Below, one piece after another: positions 35,044 to 45,955 of a DNA stretch of 50,917 bases. The stretch lies in assembly GCF_006345805.1 (NCBI RefSeq), contig NW_021834298.1:1-50917 (forward strand). Direction: 5' to 3'. The notes under the pieces are model-generated. The model did not search any database. It saw nothing but the letters and a program-made list of their open reading frames with translations, and was not told the DNA's origin. How positions within the stretch are numbered: position 1 is the first letter of the stretch; each line of letters begins with the position of its first letter. The position numbers were made by a program, and so were the translations under genes. The DNA comes from Octopus sinensis (lineage: Eukaryota).

Positions 35044-36488
35044 TTCTATCTAAGCCGTCCTTGTCTATATTTAACGTCAATGTTATATATTAATTTAAGA
35101 GTTATAATTAACTTGTAACTAAGAGACGGGTTCCGTTGTCAAGGATCGTTTGACTCAGTTGAGTAGAGCTCTCAGTTGGAATATAAATGATACAGAGTTC
35201 GATTCTGTGTGGCGGCAAGTTAGCCTCTTTTTCTCGATTCTCTCATCTGTTTCTGCAGCTATTCTGCGTTCGAGATTTAGTCGTTTCTAAAATGTTCATT
35301 GTTATTTCGATTCACGAGTTTCTTTGCAATCTTTGGTTTAGAGTGAAACGTATCTGCCGGATTGATAACGAAAGTAAAACAACCAAGAAAAATACAAAAA
35401 TAAAGTTTTGGTACCATCAATATGGAAATGCTTAAATGTCATTATCACCGATCATTCATCTTTACGTTCAGAAGTTGACTTTGTCTTTAAAGATATAAAT
35501 TAACTTGAAGCTAAAAGACGGGGTCGATAAATAAAGTACCAGCTGGACACTGGGGGGTCGATGTAATCCACTTAGCCCTCTCCCGAAATGGTGGACCTTG
35601 TTCCAAAATATGACACCATTTTTACAGATGTTTTTTTTTTTATCGTTACGTTCTGAGTTCAAGTTCCAGCGAGGTCCAAGTTTGCCTTTCATCCTAATCA
35701 GTACCAGTTGGACACTGGGGTCGATGTAATTGCTTATTCCCTTTCGCAAAGAACTACTGGCCGTGTACCGAAATTTGAAATTATAATTACAGATTTCTTT
35801 AGGATAGCGTGCTAGCAGAATCGTTGGCGTGTCGGACAAAATGTATAGATGCATTCAATAAATACGAACCATTCCAGAGTGGTTCGTTGGCCGAACTGTA
35901 AACTCGTCTATGATCGAATATCTTGCGGTATTTGTTCCAGCTCATTATTTTCTGAGTTCAAATCCCACCGTGGTTTGCTAAGGTGGTGGTAGTGTTAACC
36001 TATCGCTCTCTTTACCACCTTGGTGAAAATTTTCGAAGAATTTTTGGGTAAAATTTTCGGTGAAAATTTTCGAAAAATTTTTGGGTAAAATTTTCGATGA
36101 AAATTTTCGAAAAATTTTGGTGAAAATTTTCGAGTTCAAATCCCACCGTGGTTTGCTAAGGTGGTGGTAGCGTTAACCTATCGCTCTCTTGCATAATGTT
36201 TACCAGAAATGGTGCCAGGCTTCCGATTGACGATACTTTCTTCATTCACTCCTCCAATATGTCTTGGAGACCCTCTCTCCTGACTAATAGACTTCAAAAA
36301 ATAAACATTTAACCCCAAATTACTCTGCTAAAGAATGAAGAAATGACCACAGAAGAATTTTGCTATTTATTTGAAAATAAAAATGGCTTAAAAAGATGTA
36401 GGAGGCAGTTCCAACCAAGTATGCTTTCCTGACCCCACCTCATTGAGAAAAAAAACAAAAAGAAAATTCTTTTTACAGAACGACTCTT

Positions 36489-36561
36489 TACCTCCGACGG
36501 GACTCGAACCCGCAATCCCCGGCTTAGGAGGCCGGTGCCTTATCCATTGGGCCACGGAGGC
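36489..36561 (-). tRNA. tRNA-Arg-CCT: tRNA-Arg(CCT), consensus copy
   Basis: Identical to consensus; duplicate of the 33826 locus. Confidence 0.96.
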
Positions 36562-37028
36562 TTCAGAATTAGCTGTCCTTGTCTTTATATTTAATGTTAA
36601 TTTTATATAAATTAATTTAAGAGTTATAATTAGCTTGTAACTAAGGGACGGGATTGGTTGTCAAGGTTCGTTCAGTTCAGTTGAGTAGAGCGCTCAGGTG
36701 GAATTTAAGAGATACAGAGTTCCATTCCCTGTAGCGACTGCTTAGCCTCTTCCCCACCCCCGTCTTAGCCTCTTCCCCACACCCGATTTTTTGTTTTCAT
36801 GGCTATTATCCTACATTCGAGATTTCTCTCGAAACATATAACACACACACATACATACGAGTGCGCGCAGCGAGCACACTCCCACACACACCAAGAGAGT
36901 GGATGGAAAAGAAACAGGTAGAAGTGAAATGATTGAATTATATTTATGTGTGTGTGTGCGTGCGAGTGTGTATTCTGTCATATATCAAGAAAAAAGATTT
37001 AAGTAAACAAAAAAATGAGGTTAAATCA

Positions 37029-37101
37029 TACCTCCGACGGGACTCGAACCCGCAATCCCCGGCTTAGGAGGCCGGTGCCTTATCCATTGGGCTACGGAGG
37101 C
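37029..37101 (-). tRNA. tRNA-Arg-CCT: tRNA-Arg(CCT), A9 variant
   Basis: Same sequence as 20335-20407; T7 terminator. Confidence 0.95.
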
Positions 37102-37298
37102 TACTGCATTTCGCATCTCTTTAGTTTTAATGTCAACGTAACATATATTGATTGTAGCATGATAATGAACTGGAATCTAATTATTGCTCCGATTTAAACG
37201 TTTCTTAAGTAAATTAACCGTTTAACAATTCTTAATTAGATTGATTGTTTTATATCATTCGTAAATTGTAAAAATTCTTTTTTCTCCGGGTTTTACAC

Positions 37299-38235
37299 TC
37301 CAGGTTTGACCCCGGTCTGGTGCTCATTAATCATCTAGGCTTGACCCCGGTCTGGTGCAAATTAATTCTTCAGGTTTGACCCCGGTCTGGTGCCAATTAA
37401 TTCTCCAGGTTTGACTCCGGTCTGGTGCCAATTAATTCTCCAGGCTTGACTCCGGTCTGGTGCTAATTAATTCTCCAGGCTTGACTCCGGTCTGGTGCCA
37501 ATTAATTCTGCAGGCTTTGACTCCGGTCTGGTGCCAATTAATTCTCCAGGCTTGACTCCGGTCTGGTGCCAATTAATTCTCCAGGCTTGACTCCGGTCTG
37601 GTGCTAATTAATTCTCCAGGTTTGACTCCGGTCTGGTGCCAATTAATTCTCCAGGCTTGACTCCGGTCTGGTGCTAATTAATTCTCCAGGCTTGACTCCG
37701 GTCTGGTGCCAATTAATTCTCCAGGCTTGACTCCGGTCTGGTGCCAATTAATTCTCCAGGCTTGACTCCGGTCTGGTGCTAATTAATTCTCCAGGCTTGA
37801 CTCCGGTCTGGTGCCAATTAATTCTCCAGGCTTGACTCCGGTCTGGTGCCAATTAATTCTCCAGGTTTGACTCCGGTCTGGTGCTAATTAATTCTCCAGG
37901 TTTGACTCCGGTCTGGTGCTAATTAATTCTCCAGGCTTGACTCCGGTCTGGTGCTAATTAATTCTCCAGGCTTGACTCCGGTCTGGTGCCAATTAATTCT
38001 CCAGGCTTGACTCCGGTCTGGTGCCAATTAATTCTCCAGGCTTGACTCCGGTCTGGTGCCAATTAATTCTCCAGGCTTGACTCCGGTCTGGTGCCAATTA
38101 ATTCTCCAGGCTTGACTCCGGTCTGGTGCCAATTAATTCTCCAGGTTTGACCCCGGTCTGGTGCCAATTAATTCTCCAGGTTTGACCCCGGTCTGGTGCC
38201 AATTAATTCTCCAGGTTTGACCCCGGTCTGGTGCT
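37299..38235. repeat. 35-bp minisatellite, ~26-27 units
   Basis: Unit CAGG(C/T)TTGAC(T/C)CCGGTCTGGTGC(C/T)AATTAATTCTC; period 35 (37441 to 37476). Confidence 0.96.
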
Positions 38236-38870
38236 GATTTCCTGTATCTACGTTACATGAAGAATGTATGAGAGTATCAACCGTCTGTGTATGGGGTGCG
38301 GCAAAACTCCTGCAATATTTCACAGATTGACAAACGCTTTAACCCCGAATGCACGGAGTGCACTGGTCCAAACCTCGATGCTAAATATAGGAAATAAAAA
38401 AGAAAGAAAAGACAAACGATAGAACATTCGTTATACGAAGATATCATTATCGTCTGCTTCACTTCACCAGAACCGCGAGATTCTTCAGTAACACCCTTTA
38501 CAGCATAAATTGATCAAAACTTCGAGTCAATTGTCTGTGGACATTACGAACTGATAAAGGATAAAGGCCTTCCTTTTATTGGGTATCATCGATATTGATT
38601 TCTTTAATAATAAAAATGTGTGAGGTCATCCATTAGTGTGGAGAAATTTGGTATATTTATTTTTCAATCAGTAAGTGCTTTTATTTTAATCGACCATGGG
38701 AATATAAAACGGGAAGTTGGCGATGAAGAGAGTTGAACTTAGAATGCCAAGAATCAAATTACAAAGAAGAAGATGACGGCGAGTTGAGAGAATCTTAAAC
38801 ATGGAATAAATTAGGAAAAACTTACATTCGTGCAATATACAGAGAAGGTATAACCAAAAGTCATTACGGA

Positions 38871-38940
38871 TGTATATAAAATGCGTGTTTATATATGTAT
38901 ATATATATATATACATATATAAACACGCATTTTATATACA
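38871..38940. repeat. Perfect 70-bp spacerless palindrome centred on (AT)n
   Basis: The sequence equals its own reverse complement, checked in 10-nt blocks. Confidence 0.95.
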
Positions 38941-38953
38941 GTTCTGACTTCAA

Positions 38954-38984
<31 letters not shown>

Positions 38985-39022
38985 TGTATGCATGTATGTA
39001 TGCATGTATGCATGAATGTATG

Positions 39023-39056
<34 letters not shown>

Positions 39057-39099
39057 TGTATGTATGTATGTATGTATGTGTGTATGTGTGTATGTACAT

Positions 39100-39275
39100 G
39101 AAGCCCAGTTACAACTACAGCCGGATATTACCGGTAAAGGTTTTAGCTGCCAATTCTGTACAAGACATTGTAGATCTTTAGCTGGGCTAAAAAGTCACAT
39201 TCGATCACAGCACCAGTAACAGTTAAGCTTCGTGCAATGGCCATACTCGATAACGAGGGGGGCAGCCATAATAAT
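39100..39275 (+). mobile_element. RTE-like LINE extreme 3' end
   Basis: FSCQFCTRHCRSLAGLKSHIRSQHQ* (terminal C2H2-like motif as in 19028-19492); short UTR and (TAA)n tail. Confidence 0.6.
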
Positions 39276-39515
39276 AATGTATGTATGTATGTATATGTTG
39301 TTCCTTATGTGAGATCCTCTTAAGGTAAATAAAGAAGTATTCTCTAACACAGCCTCCAGGTTAAGTTGGAGACTAGAGCACCGCCTTTAGCCGAGCAAAT
39401 CGACCCCAGGACTTATTCTATCGAACCCTTTTGTCGAACCGCTAGGTTACGGGGACGTAAACACACCAGCATTGGTTGTGGTGACAAACACACGCAAACA
39501 TATACACAGACATAC

Positions 39516-39569
<54 letters not shown>

Positions 39570-39871
39570 CGGAGACCACCTCCATCGGTCACGAATGACC
39601 ATGGGGTTGCACCTAGAAAATTCCCCTTCGAGGCACAAGTCCAGGCAAGGTTGCTTTATGGAAGATCAGCAGTCGCCCATGCATACCAGCCTCCCTCTCT
39701 CCATGCCACTGATGTTATCCAAGGGAAAGGCAAAGGGGCCAATACAGCTTGGCACCTGTGACGTCGCAACTCATTTCTACATTTCACAACAAGCAGCTCG
39801 GTCCGGGATTCTAACTCACAACCTCACAGTCGTAAGCTCGATGTTCTAACCACTGAGCCATGCGCCTTCAC
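39570..39871 (-). mobile_element. tRNA-derived SINE (fourth type, possibly chimeric) inside a family-B SINE microsatellite
   Basis: Head GTGAAGGCGCATGGCTCAGTGGTTAGA (A box) and GAGTTAGAATCC (B-box-like). Confidence 0.55.
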
Positions 39872-39964
39872 TATATATATATATATATAAGTTCTACCTT
39901 TGGATATCCTTGTTGCTTATTTTGATTATATATACATATATATATATACATATATATATATATG

Positions 39965-39996
<32 letters not shown>

Positions 39997-40262
39997 TATA
40001 CAACGAACTTCTTTCAGTTTCTGCCTACAAAATCCACTCATAAGGCTTTGGTCGGTCCGAGGCTAGAGTAGAAGACACTTGCTCAAGGTGCCCCGCAGAG
40101 GGACTGAACTCGGAACCATGTGGTTGGTAAGCAAGCTACTTACCACACAGCCACTCCTGCGTCTATACATACATACATACATACGAGAGGGCGCTGAAAA
40201 GTATACACGTATGTGTTTGCACATGTGCATGCACATACAGAAGTATATGTCCATACCCAGCC

Positions 40263-40309
<47 letters not shown>

Positions 40310-40391
40310 TTCCTCTGACCTCGTGCTAAGGAGGTCTGCAAATTAAAAGATATGCAATACTGTATTTGAAGGTAACGCTAATTTACGGGCT

Positions 40392-40427
<36 letters not shown>

Positions 40428-41083
40428 CAATAAATTTATGCGAAAATTTATCAACTCATTAAAAGCAACTACAATGGAACCAGTTTTCTTCAAGAATGAA
40501 TCCTTCCTTCGCGCGCTGCCCCGTTCGGAAATTAAAACCAAAAGGGAAAGGTTCTTACCTAAGTCTACCTTTACGAACGAAGCATTTAGTTTTTACAGCT
40601 ACGCCCAGCTAGCGCAAACAGATAAGACTCATATTTATGGTCGAGGTGACCGGAAGTAGCTCCTGACCTCTTGGTGATAAGTCGCTCTGTCGTTCTTTGG
40701 TCAATCTCCTTGTCTTAAGCGACTTTATTCTGTTGATTTATATTATAATGCTTCGCTTCGTCATTGGATTTCCTTTACCAATTATCCCCCACCCCCACCT
40801 CTGCCCTCTTATTCTTCTTGTCAATACGTGTGTATGTGTATTGTTTGGCATTGGACAGCGGCCATGCTGGGGCACCGTCATAAAGGGTTTCGACGAACAA
40901 GTCAATGCCAGACCTTCTTTTCGTTTTTTAAAGTCTGGTATTTATTACATCCATCTCTGCAGTTGAACTGCTAAGTTTGGGGAAGATAAATAAACCAATA
41001 CCAGTTGCCAAACGATAGTGGGTGGGGAGACAAGCGCAAAGACACACACACATACGTATATCTATCTATCTATCTATCTATCT

Positions 41084-41129
<46 letters not shown>

Positions 41130-41162
41130 TATATATATATTATATATATATATACATATATG

Positions 41163-41390
41163 TTTCTTTATTACCCACAAGGAGCTAAACACAGAGGGGA
41201 CGAACAAGGACAGACAAACGGATTAAATCGATAACATCGACCCCAGTGCGCAACTGGTTCTTATTTGATCGACCCCGAAAGGATGAAAGGCAAAGTCGAC
41301 CTCGGCGGGATTTGAACTCAGAACGTAGCGGCAGACGAAACACCGCTTAGCATTTCGCCTGGCGTGCTAACGATTCTGCTAGCTCGCCGC
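41163..41390 (-). mobile_element. SINE family A
   Basis: Reverse complement of the consensus. Confidence 0.85.
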
Positions 41391-41514
41391 CTTTATAAAT
41401 TCGTTTATAGCACCACAGTCCTTGATAGAGACCAACCCTTAAACTATAATAGGGATTAACGGAATTTTAAGCGAGATGTCAACTATCTGGTTAATATCAC
41501 ACCGTTGGCCCCAT

Positions 41515-41587
<73 letters not shown>

Positions 41588-41811
41588 ATAATCCCCAAAC
41601 AGCAACACTACATCCCAGTCATCAGCTAAGAAGGGAGATTCTGCACTGTTGCTTGGTCTGCTAGATAAAGCAGCTAAAAACAAAAGGCGAGGGAGAAAAT
41701 GAAGAGCACATTGGAGATGGTAGTATTCGATAGACAACGTCTGAAAGGAAATGCTGGTTGGTCACGGATGGAACGTCTTTGATCGGAGAAGATGACGGCT
41801 GACCTGAGACT

Positions 41812-43110
41812 AAATGTCAGCACCGCTACTACCAAAACAACTCCATTATCAACACCACAACCAGCACCACAACCACTACCACAACCGATAGCAACACCAT
41901 TACTATCATCCCCAGCGACCTCACCACTACAACCGCCACCACTACTGCCAGTAGCAGCAGCATCACCACCGCCACCGCCGCAGCCACCACCACCACAACC
42001 ACCGCCACCGCCACAGCCATCGCCACCACCACCGCCACCGCTACCACCACCACCATCGCCGCCACCACCACCACCACCACCACCACCACCGCCACCACCA
42101 CCACCATCGCCACCGTCGAGCCACCACCGCAGCCACCATCACCACCATCACCACCATCACCACCATCGCCACCACCGCCACCACTTTTATCCACACCATA
42201 ACCACCATCGCCACCACCACCATCACCACCACCATCATCACCGCCGCCACCGCCACCACCACCACCGCCGCCACCGCCACCGTCACCACCACCACCGCCG
42301 CCGCCACCGTCACCACCACCACCACCGCCGCCACCGTCACCACCACCACCACCACCACCACCACCACCACCAACTCCACCACCATCACTACCACCACCAT
42401 CACCACCATCACCACCATCACCACCATCGCCACCACCGCCACCACTTTTATCCACACCATAACCACCATCGCCACCACCACCATCACCACCACCATCATC
42501 ACCGCCGCCACCGTCACCACCACCACCGCCGCCGCCACCGTCACCACCACCACCACCGCCACCACCGCCACCGCCACCACCACCACCACCACCACCACCA
42601 CCAACTCCACCATCATCACCGCCGCCACCGTCACCACCACCACCGCCGCCGCCACCGTCACCACCACCACCACCACCGCCGCCACCGTCACCACCACCAC
42701 CACCACCACCACCACCACCAACTCCACCACCATCACTACCACCACCATCACCACCACCATCATCACCGCCGCCACCGTCACCACCACCACCGCCGCCGCC
42801 ACCGTCACCACCACCACCACCGCCACCACCGCCACCGCCACCACCACCATCACTACCACCACCATCACCACCACCATCATCACGCCGCCACCGTCACACC
42901 ACCACCACCGCGCCGCCACCGTCACCACCACCACCAACCACCGCCGCCACCGTCACCACCACCACCACCACCACCACCACCAACTCCACCACCATCACTA
43001 CCACCACCATCACCACCACCATCATCACCGCCGCCACCGTCACCACCACCACCACCGCCGCCACCGTCACCACCACCACCGCCGCCGCCACCGTCACCAC
43101 CGCCACCGCC
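41812..43110. repeat. ~1.3 kb compound (ACC/ATC/GCC/GTC)n trinucleotide array with higher-order 261-bp repeat
   Basis: CTTTTATCCACACCATAACC at 42184 and 42445; strongly C/A-rich plus strand. Confidence 0.93.
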
Positions 43111-43542
43111 TACAAGAACAAGGAAACTAAACTATTATTACGAGCGAGAATAATTTCTGCTTCGTCTCAAGCGACATTTTGATTTTTACTTGTTTCTAAT
43201 TAGTTAATGGTCCCAGGAGGGTAGAGACTAGTCTGCCTGTCTGTGCGTCACGTGCGCCATTCCTTAATTCACATCTCTTTGATTTGGTGTGATTCTAGAC
43301 ACAAGAATCTAAAGTAGCCATATTTTAGTTCTTAGAGAACCACAATGAAGTCGCGTCTAAGTGATCATTTAAACTGCTAGAAATAGCAGTCAAATTTCAT
43401 CAAATCACATTCAGTAGTTTTAGATGTGTAAAGTATATGTTACATAATGTGATAAGACGGGAAGGTCATGGCTAGAATTCCTTTGATCATAGGGCTGCTT
43501 AGTCGGGGCTTGACCCATGCTAAACAACAACAGCAAGAGTAG

Positions 43543-43745
43543 TGGAGGCGCAATGGCCCAGTGGTTAGGGCAGCGGACTCGCGGTCGGAAGATCGCGGTT
43601 TCGATTCCCAGACCGGGCGTTGTGTGTGTTTATTGAGCGAAAACACCTAAAGCTCCACGAGGCTCCGGCAGGGGGTGGTGGCGACATCTGTTGTACTCTT
43701 TCGCCCCAACTTTCGCCACAACTCTTTTTTCCTGTTTCTTGTCCC
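43543..43745 (+). mobile_element. SINE family C, 5' portion
   Basis: Same head as 25734-26173. Confidence 0.8.
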
Positions 43746-44270
43746 CGACTTCCTATGCAACCGTTGAGCCTTGATGCGCATTCATCCATCCGTCGATGCT
43801 CTCAGTGAGTCGGGGGTTGACCTGCTCTCTCTTCTGCGGGTCTTATGAATAGCAAAGGACCACGTATCGGACTTCTCCCACTACAGACAATCCTGAGGCG
43901 CGATCTTGCGAGCTCTGGGACGAAGACCGCTTCGATCAACAAACAAACAAACAAACAAGCAACAACAGCAACAGCACCAATTATAAGAATAACCACAGCT
44001 ACCTCCACCCTGACCACACCACAACAACAACAACAACAACAACAAAAATCACAAAGTCTGCAGGAATGGCAACAAATCTTCAGAATGCGAGGAGTGGATG
44101 AGATACAAGGAAAGGGAGAGGATTATCTGTTGAATGCGATTAAAGGGGATTTTTTTTAGGAAGTTTATTAAATCAATACCAAAAGGCAATATTGATCTCC
44201 AACACAACGTCGAGGTTGTGTAAGAACACCGAATACTGCGTTGTTGTGTAAGAACACCGAATACTGCGTT

Positions 44271-44475
44271 ATTTCCTTTGAGGGGATCTCTCATGAGGAC
44301 TCGTGGTGCATAAATACGCACATAATTAGATCGTTGACAAATCCAAAGCAAGGTGAAATCACGTGATCTGGCAGTTCAGGCGGATCGTAGAAGACGTTTC
44401 TCGTCTGTCAACGATATAACCACGAGTGCTCTTATGCACCACGCTCTCCTGATGAGGGATCTTATGAAAGGAAAT
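44271..44475. mobile_element. Small MITE-like element with ~43-bp imperfect TIRs
   Basis: 44271-44313 complementary to ~44432-44475; preceded by a perfect 28-bp tandem duplication (44215-44242, 44243-44270). Confidence 0.5.
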
Positions 44476-44711
44476 GACACCGGTGAAGGGGTTCGTTGTG
44501 TTTGGAGTAAAATATCAATAAATACTTTTGAACTGAACTGTATTGAGAGATTGAGGCAGATCGAACAGCTTCAGTTTCCTTCTCACCTTTTACTTGTTTC
44601 ACTCATTGGATTGCGGCCATGCTGGGGCACCGCACTCAAGGATTTTTAGTCGAGCGAATTGACCCCAGTACTTTTTCCGTTTTATTTATTTTTTTATTAT
44701 TATTATTATTA

Positions 44712-45318
44712 TTTTTTGGTTAATGTGGTGCTTATTCTAACACTCTCTTTAGCCGAACGGCTAGCTTACGGGGAGGTAAACAAACCAGCACCTTTCGTCA
44801 AGCGGTGATACGGATAAACGAAAACACACACACAAATATATATATTTTTAACACACTTATTCTTATATTATATATATGTGGAGGCGCAATGACCCAGTGG
44901 TTAGGGCAGCGGACTCGCAGCTGTAGGGTCACGGTTTCGATTCCCAGACCGGGCGTCGTGAGTGTTTATTGAGCGAAAACACCTACGGTTCCGGCAGGGG
45001 GTGGTAGCGATCCCTGCTGAACTCTTTCACCACAACTTTCTTCTGTTGGCCTGCTTGCTTAGCAGGCAATAATCACTCTGGAAATCGAAACCGTGACCCT
45101 ACAGCCGCGAGTCCGCTGCCCTAACCACTGGGGCATTGCGCCTCCACATATCTATAATATAATATAAGAATAAGTTTGTTAAAAATATATATATTTGTGT
45201 GTGTGTTTTCGTTTATCCGTATCACCGCTTAACGAAAGGTGCTGGTTTGTTTACCTCCCCGTAAGCTAGCAGTTCGGCTAAAGAGGGTGTTAGAATAAGC
45301 ACCACATTAACCAAAAAA
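44712..45318. repeat. Inverted duplication, ~237-bp arms (44712-44948 and 45077-45318), ~128-bp spacer
   Basis: Each arm holds the same mosaic (family-B SINE piece, microsatellite, family-C SINE head) in opposite orientation. Confidence 0.88.
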
Positions 45319-45355
45319 AAATTTAAGGTAAAATTATAAATATATATATATATAC

Positions 45356-45394
<39 letters not shown>

Positions 45395-45404
45395 TTATTT
45401 TAGT

Positions 45405-45743
45405 CTTTTACTTGTTTCAGTCGTTTAACTGCGGCCATGCTGTAGCACTGCCTTTAGTCGAACAAGTCGACCTTAGGATTAATTCTTTATAAGCCTAGTA
45501 CTTATTCTATCGGTCTCTTTTGCCGAATCGCTAAGTTACGGGGACGTAAACACATCAATATCTGTTGTCAAACGATGGTGGGGGGACAAACACAGACCCA
45601 CAAATACATACATGCATACATACATACACACACACAAACACACAACACATATACAAGTATATATATATATATATACAAATATATATATACATATGTCTAT
45701 ATATATATATATATATGTATTTATATGTATGTATATATATATT

Positions 45744-45797
<54 letters not shown>

Positions 45798-45955
45798 TAT
45801 ACATATACACGACGAGCTTCTTTCAGTTTCCGTCTACCAAATCCACTCGCAAGGGCTTGGTCGACTCGAAGCTATAGTAGGAGACACTTGCCCAAGGTGC
45901 CACGCAATGGGACTGAACTCAAGACCCTGGGGTAGCGAAACGGTAATGCCCGCGC
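45405..45955 (-). mobile_element. SINE family B with expanded (TA)n
   Basis: Matches the family-B consensus. Confidence 0.8.

Larger units (their letters stand above)
31543..37095. repeat. Recent tandem segmental duplication (31543-32462 ~ 34903-35850; 33371-34443 ~ 35861-37095)
   Basis: Line-by-line near identity with initial offset 3360; ~0.9 kb (32463-33370) is missing from the second copy. Confidence 0.88.

Noticed and set aside
13075-37101. tRNA copies as heads of a SINE family
   Set aside because: Similarity stops at nt 1 and 73, oligo-T terminators follow, there is no shared body, tail or TSD, and stems show compensatory change
37299-38235. CRISPR array (35-bp partly palindromic repeats)
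   Set aside because: Units are contiguous with no unique spacers, there are no cas genes, and the context is eukaryotic
41792-43153. 453-aa Pro/His-rich CDS and overlapping Gly/Val ORFs
   Set aside because: Trinucleotide repeats lack stop codons by composition; no domain, splice or codon evidence
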